Positions 53,201 through 64,000 of a DNA stretch of 64,000 nucleotides are shown here, piece after piece; positions within the stretch are counted from its first letter, which is position 1; each line of letters starts with the position of its first letter. Where the stretch lies: assembly GCA_016748015.1 (NCBI GenBank), contig JAAOMT010000128.1, forward strand, positions 1,805,538-1,869,537, read 5' to 3'. Source of the stretch: Geosiphon pyriformis uo1 (Eukaryota > Fungi > Glomeromycota). The notes under the pieces were generated by a model. That model saw only the letters and a list, made by a program, of their open reading frames with translations, did no database searches and was not told the DNA's origin. The position numbers were made by a program, and so were the translations under genes.

Positions 53201-56200
53201 CATAACAATATATAGTTTTAAGCAATACAAACCAAATATTTAAACCAGTTCTTATACTTTAGTCTTATAAAAACTCCAAATATTGGTAATACTACATTTT
53301 TAGAAGAAAAAATATAGTTGCAATCACCAATTTTTTTTTTCAAAATACTAATTAAACCACTAAAATAATTTTTTCTACCATAATTACTGAAGATAATACT
53401 CTGGCTACTATATTTTTATTTGATATTAACAGTTTAAACATTGCTAATTTTTTTAGTAAAACTGTTATTAATTGGAATAAACCAATCACAACAATATATA
53501 CTGATATTAGAATAGAACAATTAGATATTAAATTAATATTTAACAGTAAATTCACAAACAGCATAATTATAAAACAACTTATAAACCAATTAAGTTATTA
53601 AATAGATTATATAATTACTATTAGAATAATTACCACAAATAGAAATACCAAAACACCAATAGAAAAAATTGACAATTTCTTCTTTAAAATTTATGAAATT
53701 AGCATCTCAATTAAAGTATTTGTTATAGAAACTACTCAGCATTAATTCTTTATAAAAAACAATTAATTAACTAAAATCTATATTATATTTAACTAAAATA
53801 CCAGAAACTTCAAATTACTTTTAATAAACAACATACTAGAATATCTGCTATGTATAAATATTTTAAAACAGTGGTTTTAAAACAATTTTTAATTGAATTT
53901 AAAAAACCTATCTTCCAGCCAATTTTGAAAACCTATTAAGTTTCTTAGATTGACAATTTTAGAACAGAGCTATTACTATTTTTCACATAAGAAAAAATAA
54001 ATAAAGAAAGAACTAACAAAAAACTCTAAGCATTATCATTAATCTATCTAACCCAAATTAAAAAAATTAATCTTATTAACTTCTGAAATTAATCTGTGTT
54101 AATTGTAAAAAAAAGTTATCTTTAATAAATATTTACATTAGAGACAATAAAGTATGGTCAACTACTACCAAATATTATTGTTAATTTTGTGTATTAAAAT
54201 AATTTAGATAACCAAAACAGCAAGGCAAATAAGACAATATGTTATATCTTGCATATAATAAAATATTGTTAAATAAAAAATTATAGAATAATATCTTTAA
54301 CAAAGAAAAAACATATAACAAATTCTGTTAGTACACTATTCTAATCAATAACTGAACTTAAAAAAGAACTTTATTTATTATAGCTTATAGTTAAGCAATA
54401 AACTAACTAAATTCATATTTTCATTATAAAAAAAAATTGAAAAATGACTATAACAAAATAGGAGAGTGCCACAACCAAAAAAATACACACCATAAAAAAT
54501 TCTTTAGTAATCATCAAAAAAATAGATAACCTATTCATAAATGATTCCAAAGCATTTCAAAATTGGTATTAAAAACTTGTCTCTACTTAAAAAAAACAGA
54601 AATACAGACTAATAAACTTTAATACAAAACTGTGTGATTATTGTTTGATTTTTTACTATTTTTAGTATTGTAATAAGTATAATCTCTTGTTTAATTCACT
54701 TTTAAGAACACTATACTCTATTTTTGAACTATTAGAACCTAAAAAAAAATATAAATTTGCAGATAAGAACATATTATTTCAAGAGCCAAGTAAGGCTATC
54801 AAAATAAAACAATATTTTGTCTATTTCAATCTTTTTAAGGAGTTAGAATTAAAATAATATAATAATGACAATAAAAAAATATGTCTTAAAAAAGCACATA
54901 AAATTGATGCTAAATTTAATTTAAAATATTCAGACAATTTTTCATAGTTATAATACCTTATTTTCTTGTAAAAATAAATCTCAAAATAGCTTTAAAAATT
55001 TCTATTAGCACTATAATTCAAGTTGTATTTTGGTTTAGTCTTGCAAAGAAAAAAATTGACATAAAAGAAAAAATTATTAATGCTGAATACACAAGGAACA
55101 TTATTGTTATATTACAAAACAATCCAATAAATCTTATATGATTGAATTACAAAAAAAGATTATTCAAGCTATCTTTCTACTCTTTATAAAAATATTACAA
55201 TTAATTTTAGTTAGTATACATGAAAAATTAGATTTTACTGCTTGAGAAATTAATAAGTTTGAATCAAATAAAAGAAAAAATATACCAGTTAATTTTGTAG
55301 AAAACAATAGTAATAAGATAAAACTTATTTATACCAACACTATTATTTCTATTCTTTTATATTAATAGTATATTTTAAAAGTGAATTAGAAAATTTAAGA
55401 TCAAGCTCTATTATTTAAAGCTAATCTAAAATCTGTTCTCTAACTAATGTTATCAACTTGTATATATTTATAAAAGTTCACAAACATTTCAAAATCTCTA
55501 TTCACAATTCTATTAAAAATATTATTGAAATTTCCAAAAGGACTATTATTGGCTTTATTTCTCTAAACATTTAAAATTTTAAAAAATCTTAGTCTATTTC
55601 AGACTTTGCACAATTGTTTTTATTTTGTGATATTATCTCACAAGTATAGAATCTGCTAATAAAAAACTACTTGTTCATACTAAAAAAAATTATTAAATTA
55701 AACCTGGAAAATTTAAGTACACTATAACAAATATAACTTAAAGTCCTCTTAAATTAATACACCAATATTTTTGCCAGTAAAAACAAATTTGAACACACTG
55801 ATATTATAAAACACCAGATCAACATAGAAGATACCAGATTTATTAAACAATAAACTTACAGAATAACCTCAGCAAACAACAACCTGATTAAACAAAAGGT
55901 ACAATAGATGTTAAATAACAGATTAATCAAAGAATTGTTAAGTTCTTGGTCTTTTCCAGTAATATTAATTACCAAAAAGAACAAAAAAATACAGTTCTAT
56001 ATAAATTACTAAAAACTTAATAGCATTATTTAAAAAGATAACTATCTAACTCTTCTCATTTAAAAAATTTTGAATAATCTAAGAAATAAGAAATAGTTCT
56101 TATTATTAAATCTAACCAGTAGATATTAACAAGTCAAAATAAACTTCAAAAACAAAAAAAGACAGTATTTATCATACAGAATGAAAACTTTAAATTCAAT

Positions 56201-57000
56201 ATAATGTTTTTTAAACTCTGTAATACTTCAGCTATTTTTTAACATTTTATGAATATTATGTATAAAAAAATTCTTTAAAAATCAGTTGTAATATACTTGA
56301 ATAATATCAATATATTTTTTAAAATATTTTATAACCATTTGTTCCACTTTTAACAAGGTTTTAATTATTTTTAGAGTGCCAAATTGAAACTTAATCCAAA
56401 CAAATGCTTCTTTAGAAAAACTGAAATAAAATTTTTAGAACACATAATAAGTAAAGATAGGATAAAACTAGATCTAACAAAGTTTAAAAAATCAAGAACT
56501 TTTTAGTTCTGACCAATTTATAAAAACTAAGAAGATTCTTAAACTAGTTAGATACTACTGCAAATTTGTCAAAAACTTCTCAAACATTACAAAACCACTC
56601 CATTATCTGTTGTCAAATTATGTCTTATACTTATAGAGAAAAAAACAACAAAAAGCTTTTAATTATCTTAAGCAATACTTAATAGAAACACCAATATTAA
56701 TTTATTTAGACTTTAATAAATGTTTTATTATTACTACAAACACTTTAAAAAATATACTAAAAGCTGTTTTGTCACAAATTAAACCAGATAATTAAGAACA
56801 CCTAATTGTATATACTAGTTACAGTACTAATACCACAAAGAAAATATATAATATAATAAATTTAGAATATCTTACTATTTATTAAACAGTACAAAATTGG
56901 AAACACTATCTTTGTCAACTATTTGATCTATATATAAATCACAAAAAACTCATTTAGTTACTCAGCAAACCATAATTGGAAGAAAAATATACATGATAAA
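50259..57000 (+). mobile_element. 3'-truncated Ty3/Gypsy element: 5' LTR ~50259-51267, PBS, gag, PR, Cys-rich insert, dUTPase, RT, RNase H
   Basis: LTR end tataata followed by tttagtgctttct at 51268. PR-like IKLIFNSK at ~53530, dUTPase relic ~54835-55270 (DAKFNL, IINAEYTRNI), RT IYLNNI (YLDD) at 56291, LNPNKCFF, RNase H ~56720-56990. Confidence 0.85.
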
Positions 57001-58691
57001 ATAATAATATATTTTTAAACATAATAAGTAATATTAAGTTTAATAAATTTTTACAACTGGTCAAAGAACTATTTAATAAAAAAGCCATTGGTTTTTCTGG
57101 TATTCTTAACAAGCTCTGAAAACATAGTAATATGCAGATTTTAAGTAATTTGTTAGACATTTTCAATCTGTATTTAATGTTAGATATAGTTTTTACACAA
57201 TAAAAAAGAGTCAAAGTTTTTATAATACCAAAATTATATAATTAAAAAAGGACTTTTACTAATATTAAATTGATAGCTTTAATTAAAATAATTCAGAAAA
57301 TTTTGTCTAAGCTTTTTTCAAATAAAATTTTTTTAGTTCATAATAGATTTAATGTCTTGTGTAATAATAATTTCTTAGTTTTAGAAAACATATTCATTCA
57401 GATCTTAATTTTTGTTGTTGGTTTTATGATTAAGAATATATTAAAAAAAGACAAAAAGCTGTAATTGGTTCTTTAAAATATGTATAAGGCATATACTTCT
57501 GTTAAGTAATATTATTTATAAAACAGTTTAATTAAAATCAAGATATATTTATATTTTATTAAGTTTTTTGAAGATATATACAATAATTGGATTAATCAAA
57601 TAATAACAAATTTTGGGCTTACAGGTGAGTATACTGTTTATAATAGTCTGAATTAAGAGAAAGTTTTTTCACCACTACTGTGGAAGATTTTTTACAACTC
57701 TTTGTTTTATAAAATTAAAAAACATGACTATTTATATAATTACAGATTAGATTCAAAGTTTTTTACAAAAATTAACAAGCAGAATTACAAAAGTAATATA
57801 ATTTTTTTTCTAACAGTTAGAGCTTTTGTAAATAACACAACTTAAGTTAAAAGTAGTATAACAGTAATTAGTGTATTTTAGATATTACTAATAAATTCTT
57901 TTAGATTAATAATATTTCAATTAATACAGAAAAAACAATTGTTATATTTATTAATTAAAAAACAGAAGCTTTATATTTGTTGATAAGTGGGATATTTCAG
58001 TAGCTAAAAAGAGTGTGTTTTATAGATATTTGGATATTTTTTTATCTATAGATAATATTTTCAAGTCAAGTTTAATTAAAATTTACTTAAATATAAAGTT
58101 TTTTATAAATTTAGTTTTAAGAAAAGCTGTTTTTAATAAACAATTTTTGTATTTGGTGCCTATTATTTTACAGTCTATAATTAATTACAGAATACAATTT
58201 AATTATGTATTAGTAAATATATGTAAGAAATAAAACAAAATATTGAGAAAAGAGCTAAAGCTTAAAACTAATTTACCTAAAAACTTTTTCAATAAAGTCA
58301 TTTCTTATTCCAAGTTATATGATCTTAAAATATTTGAGCAGATACAAAATAAAAATTCACTAGCTAATTTGGTGGTCTTTGCCAATTTAAAAAAAATATT
58401 TAGCAAATTATTTAAATACAAAGTTATAAATTTGCAGATTATTAGTTAAATATCTTAACACCTTAGTTTTTTGATCATATTATTAATTAATTCTATAAAT
58501 TGTTTTTTGGTAGATGTAACCAATACTTAAATATTATGTAAGTTGTTTTTAAATAATGATCTACTTAATGTTTTTTGGGCTGGTAATAATATTGTTATTG
58601 CAAATATCTTGAACTTAAAATATTATTTGAATATAATCAGTTTGTTAAAAAGATTTGATATTGTTTTGTAAATCAATTTCTGGATTGTTAT

Positions 58692-59525
58692 TGTTACTTA
58701 TGAAAATTAAGAATATTATAGTTAAAAGAATAGCTAATTAGAAATAGACATAATAATAAAGAAATTTCAGGATTCTTCTAAAAAAATTGCAGGATTTCAG
58801 AATTCCAGAATTTTAGAATCTCAGGATTTTTTTAAAGAAATTACAAGATTCCAGAAATCTCATATAATACAAACTATGTATATATAATAGTAACATTAGA
58901 AACAAAAAAAATATTCAGTTTAATTTTAATTTAATATTTTTTTTATTATTTACTAATTAATCTTTACTTCATAGATAGTTACTATTACCCAAAATAAATT
59001 TATTAACAATATCAAATAAAACATACTTATTATCATCCAATCTAGGTTATTATTATTTGATTGAGAATCTTAATTACTCTTTTATTATCAACACTTTATG
59101 TTAATAATATTTAATAGAACAATAGCTCTTGATTATAGTTATTGATGAGATATTAATCTTTTATTTGTTTTTTATTTGTTTTCTTATTTGTTTTTTTGTT
59201 GTTTACTAAATAATTAAAAGATTAATGCACAGAGTATTAACATCAAAAAAACTTGGTAAAAAACTTATAAAACAAAGATAGAAACTCAGAAAATTGAGAA
59301 TAACTTACCAAAAACCAGCCACCAAACTGAGAAAAAAATTTAACAAAATACATATTCTAGAAGACTATTGAAACAATACTTGAATCTCTGTTCATTATAT
59401 AAAAAACTCAACCCAAAACCTTCAGATTATGAAAACCTTCAGATATTATCAATAACAATAAGCTATTAAGCACTAAGTTATGGGTTTGTTATTTACTCTA
59501 ATTACCTAAATAATTATTTGTAACA
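58692..59525 (+). mobile_element. Solo LTR with TSD TTAT, inserted in LINE ORF2
   Basis: TGTTAC...TGTAACA ends with TTAT at 58688-58691 and 59526-59529. The 3' half is homologous to the other LTRs. Confidence 0.9.
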
Positions 59526-59655
59526 TTATAATATATACTTTACATAAAATATGTTTTGCAAATAGAAGAGACTGAATTTTAAAGATCTGGTTTCTGGTTG
59601 GTTCAGTTTACTTATTAATTTTAAGTTTCTTATTTTGTTTTTAGTAGCTGTTTGT

Positions 59656-62600
59656 TGTTATTTATAGAGATTAGAAATTATAACAAATAGATAAAATAGC
59701 CAATATTACTTATAAAAAAAGACAGATATAGAAAAAATAATAAACCAATAAGTGAATAGTATATAGCATGTGAGCACATTGCTCAGCAATGTAGAGCAAT
59801 GATAGAAATCATGGCACATTGCTTAGCAATATAGAGCAATATCAGAAAACATGGCATATTGCTCAGCAATGTGGAGTGATATTAGAAAATGAGAGCACAT
59901 CATTCAGCAATATGAGTATTATTCAAAAAATTATAGCATATTGCTCAGGAATGTGAGTGATCTCATAGTACATTAATTATGTATATATAGTGGTAGCATT
60001 AGAAGTAGAAAGAGCAGAATCCATCAGTTAGAAACCTTTCACATCACAAATATCAATAAATAATTATTCACTATCTCAATTCACTCTCCACTATCAACAC
60101 TACATGTTAATAATAATTGATACTTAACCACACTAGAACAATAGCTTTTGATTATGGCTATTGACAGGATACTAACTTGCAATTGCTTTCATTTATTTCT
60201 TTATTTTTCATTTATTTTTTTTGTTTTGTTATTTTTTTGTTTTACTAAAAAATTGATTTAAAATTAAGCACTGAGATACAAACATCATAGTGACTGGTAA
60301 AAGACCCATAAAACAAGAGTAGAACACTTATAGATTTGAGGATAACTTACCAGGAAGATTACTGGCCACCATGCTGAGAAAGAAATTTGACAAAACTGTG
60401 GTTTCGGGAAGCTATGAATAAAACCATCAATTAAAATCTCTGTTCATTATACAAAGAACTTTACAACAAAACCTTCAGATATCAACACCTGAGTACCAAC
60501 CAAGCACCAAGTTACAGATTTGTTATTTGACTTGAGACCCCAAATAATCATCTGTAATATTTGGTGCTCTCTCTAAGATATAATCCTACAGAGAACAGCA
60601 CCAACCATAATCATCCAAACAGTAACAGAATCTGAAGAAATAGGAACAAACCATTTAGGATTTGCAAAGTCTTTATTCCAACATTATCACACTTATCTCA
60701 GATTAACAAATAATAGTTGGCCAACAGAATTAGCTTTCAATTACTACATCAACAAAAAAATAGTATACCACTTGAGAGGCCAAGGAGATCTAGAATCCAC
60801 CTTCAACAACTTCTTCAGTGAATTGCTTTAAAGCACCACCCTTTCACAAAACTACCTATTTGCATCTCTAATTACAGAAATAAACAGAGAAATTGAAAAA
60901 TACACCAAATAGAGATTTCCTATTACTTTTGCTGACAAAGGAAAAGGAAGAATATAAACATCAGCAGGAACACCAAAGCAAATCCAACTACCCACTTGGA
61001 AGAAACAAAGATTTGACTCACCTGCTAATTCATCATATCACTACATACTCGGAAGTACTATCAATATAATAAACACAGTTACAACAAGTGCAACAATGCC
61101 ATTAAACAGAATCCTATTTCAAAGTAAACAAAAAAAAACAGAGTTATTAGGAACATATGACAATTATTTTGAGGAATTTAAATCACAATCCTTAATGCCA
61201 TTAAGGATTTGATCACCACCACCACAATCAAATTTCGAAGCCATTAGTCCTTAGAAAATAACCAACTCTGATGAAAAAGAGAGTAGCAATCAGGAAGTTA
61301 ATAAGCAAAACCTGATCCTAGAAAATTCAGAAATTAAAACCCCGGTTAATCAAACTTTGGAAGATCAGAATAATCAAAACTCCGACATAATTAATCAACA
61401 TTTACCTTTAGTAATCGTGATCAATCCACCACCAGTGCCACCAAATGCCGAACAGCATCAACAGCCACAACTATTACCTCAACAATAAATCCAACAGCAA
61501 CCACAACAACAACCAATGGCTTATGCTCCAATTGCCAAAATCGAGAAATTTATTGGCAAAGAGAACAATGCTCAAGTATGGCTTAACAATGTGGAAAAAG
61601 CTATCACAGCCAATGAATAGAACAATGACAGAGCCTTTTAAGTGATTTCCTATTTTTTACAAGATACTACCAACTCATGGTATCAGAGTTTAGCCGTTAA
61701 ATCTCAAACATTCTAGGAATTCAAAACTGCATTCCTGAGATATTTCAGTAATAATAACAGCATTAATTGCTTAGCCAACACTTTCACCACAATTAAACAG
61801 AGAGAAACTGAAGCAGTTACCACTTACTTGGGACATTTCTACAAGAATCTGCACCAAATCCAAGTAATTCAAGCTGACTACTTTACAGCACCTCAGATTT
61901 TAAATCAGTTCATCCATGGATTGCATAGTAGCTTACTCCAATGCATATGCCCAATGCACCCACAAACTCTTCAAAACGCAGTCACAAATGCCAGAGATTT
62001 CGAATCAGCAGAACTTAAAGCAAGCCATGCCCAAGCTGTTAATCTAGTGATAAATAGATTATCTGAATTGGATTCCAAATTGAAACAATTCAGTAATTCA
62101 ATTAATCAGAAATTGGAAGAATACTTAGCTGACAATCACGCAATTTATCAACCACCACAATAATGCAATAATTCAGGAAACCTAAATCATTTCCAAAATC
62201 AGTTATGTTCATCATTATCAAATTAGCTGTGACAATAAGAGATACATGTCTACCATAATTGTAGTAAACAAGACTACATTAGAGCCGATTGCCAATTTTA
62301 TAATAATAACTCATGATTGGGAAATCAATATTGAAACTCTAATCACTGGTTTCCAACTCCGAATCACCAACTCAACCCAGCACCATATCAACCAACTTAC
62401 CTGCCAATAATACAACAGCCAATATATTAACCACCCATATATTAATCTCCAGTTTATCAACTACAGCCACTAGTAATATATCAATTACCACAGCCACAAA
62501 TAATTTATCAGACATTCACAGTTCAAACACTGCCATTAAACTCTACTCAAATGACATCAGGAAACCCTAAATAGAGAGTTACCCAAAACTGGAGATTAGT

Positions 62601-64000
62601 GATGGTTATTCACCAACTAATTCCCAGTTCATCCAACCAGCTGTTAGGATCATAACAGTAAAGTTCGGAAATTGGGTATACTCAAAACTCAGGTTCCCAA
62701 AACTATTTAAGTTTCTTGGTTACTCCAAAAGATGTCCAACCCAATAATCCAAAAACCAACCAAAAACAATAACTTACCAACAACATATCTCTAGCCACCA
62801 TCACCAACAATGAATTACTAGCAGCAATTTTCCCATTTGAACTCGAGAAAACCACACCAGTCCTATTATTCAGTGAAGCCACTCTTGATACCAAACCAAT
62901 CACTGCCATGTACACTAATGTGAAAGTTGATGGCCATGCCATCAAACTAATCCTAGACAGTGGATTAGCTGGCAACATCATCACAAAACAACTCATGGAC
63001 CAATTAGGTCACCAAGTTAATTGAGCTGCCAGTGCACAAATTATCACAGCTGATGGAACAACAAAAACTTCTATTGGCGAAATTGATGACTTCCCTATAG
63101 AAATCAACAGTATTACTGTGCCAATCAAAGTATTAGTCATAGAAGCCACACAATATCAAGCCCTCATTGGTAATAACTGGCTGTTCAAAACCAACACGAT
63201 GCTTAATTGGAACACACAAAAGCTCCAACTCAGCCAGAATGGTCAACACACACAGGTACCAGCCACATGTGACCATTTCAAAACTTTCAACACACCAGCA
63301 CCTTTTATCGAATTTGAGGAAGAAAAAGAAAAACCTACCTGGAAAGCTTATCAAGTGTCCTGGATGATGAAAATCACAATGAACTACCACCTATACTTTT
63401 CTGGAACAACAATGGCAAAAGGAAACAGAAGAAGACTGAACTTATCTGAAACACCAACCAAGACTGGAAAAATAACAACAACTCAAACAAACTACCAAGC
63501 TGAGAATGAGAAAAAAATAATAAGAAGAAAGAAGAAAACCTACCTGAAAAAATCACTGCCACAAAAGAAATAACTAGTGGCTGGGAAAGAAAATACTTCC
63601 AAGAACTGATAAAAAAGCCACCATATATTCTTCTCAAATGCAAAGACTGTAGGAAGAAACTGTCTTCCATGGGAGCTTGGATCATGCCAAATGAAGATTA
63701 CTGAACACAAACCCACTATTATTGTAAGCCTTGCCACTGTGAATGCTATGGCTATCCAAAAAGGCAAGGCAAGTGAAACAACAAATCATGTCTCACTTGT
63801 GGCAAACAACTACTTGACAAAGGAATGTGTGATACTTCATGCCAATACATGATCCTCATCAGTGACTGGATAAGTCATGGTATGCAAATAACTGCAGCCT
63901 GGCACCATGCAATATCTCACTTGGATGGTTACCTACACAACGAAGACAAGATCTGGTGAATGGCAAATGCAAAAATAGAAGGAGCCACACTTAGTGAAAT
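59656..64000 (+). mobile_element. Least-decayed Ty3/Gypsy copy (5' LTR 59656-60559, PBS, gag, protease, Cys-rich insert); runs off the window
   Basis: PBS TGGTGCTCTCT at 60562. Gag MAYAPIAKIEKFIGKENNAQVWLNNVEKAI...FLRYFSNNNSIN...QILNQFIHGL. Decayed CCHC at ~62250. Aspartic protease IKLILDSG at 62941. Premature stops arise from TGG/CAA transitions. Confidence 0.92.
60560..60577 (+). promoter_or_regulatory. tRNA primer-binding site (decayed copies at 28082 and 51268)
   Basis: TT-TGGTGCT... directly after the LTR end is complementary to a tRNA 3' end ...AGCACCA. tRNA-Thr or tRNA-Ile(UAU) are candidates; not verified. Confidence 0.75.

Larger units (their letters stand above)
49230..59655 (+). 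mobile_element. Second decayed LINE in three pieces: ORF1 ~49230-50258; ORF2 RT ~57000-58691 and 59526-59655
   Basis: The ORF1 relic parallels 11650-12260 (VIIKKI, IKIQLISF*QKA, KKTCFI). The RT relic has KAIGFSGILNKL*KH, NFLVL, *NMYKAY, TNFGLTGEY and AFV(NN)TT. The reading resumes on the far side of the solo LTR. Confidence 0.8.

Noticed and set aside
59770-59955. Palindromic repeats with intervening sequence resembling a CRISPR array (also 5601-5756 and 28215-28960)
   Set aside because: The context is eukaryotic, no cas genes are present, the 'spacers' are related to each other, and two of the three arrays lie inside LTR elements.

Overview
Eukaryotic, intron-rich, AT-rich fungal DNA. It is most consistent with a Glomeromycotina (Mucoromycota) genome. 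The transposon-derived peptides resemble my recollection of Geosiphon pyriformis repeats, which is an inference and not a search result. The window alternates between gene blocks and extremely AT-rich transposon graveyards. Gene block 1 (~1-9.7 kb) holds the 3' end of an LPCAT3-like MBOAT gene, IDH2, CAP2 and VPS33. Gene block 2 (~33-48 kb) holds a velvet regulator, a FabG/CBR4-like SDR and a TM-BTB/POZ gene. The graveyards (~9.8-32.9 kb and ~48-64 kb) contain nested, stop-riddled LINEs (ORF1 with CCHC knuckle; APE-RT-RNase H) and Ty3/Gypsy elements with ~0.85-1 kb TGTTA...TAACA LTRs, 4-bp TSDs, PBS and PPT. The main observations are: (1) repeat copies differ almost only by C>T/G>A transitions in all dinucleotide contexts, a RIP-like hypermutation signature outside the Dikarya; (2) the Ty3 family has an unusual layout of gag-PR-[multi-CxxC insert]-dUTPase-RT-RH-IN plus an extra ORF ending F-x-G-A-Q at the PPT; (3) a complete non-autonomous LTR element carries an ~87-bp tandem array; (4) all readable insertion sites have a central TG/CA/TA step; (5) VPS33 has an AT-AC U12-type intron and a second candidate U12 intron. 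Coordinates were read by eye and TE-internal boundaries are approximate.
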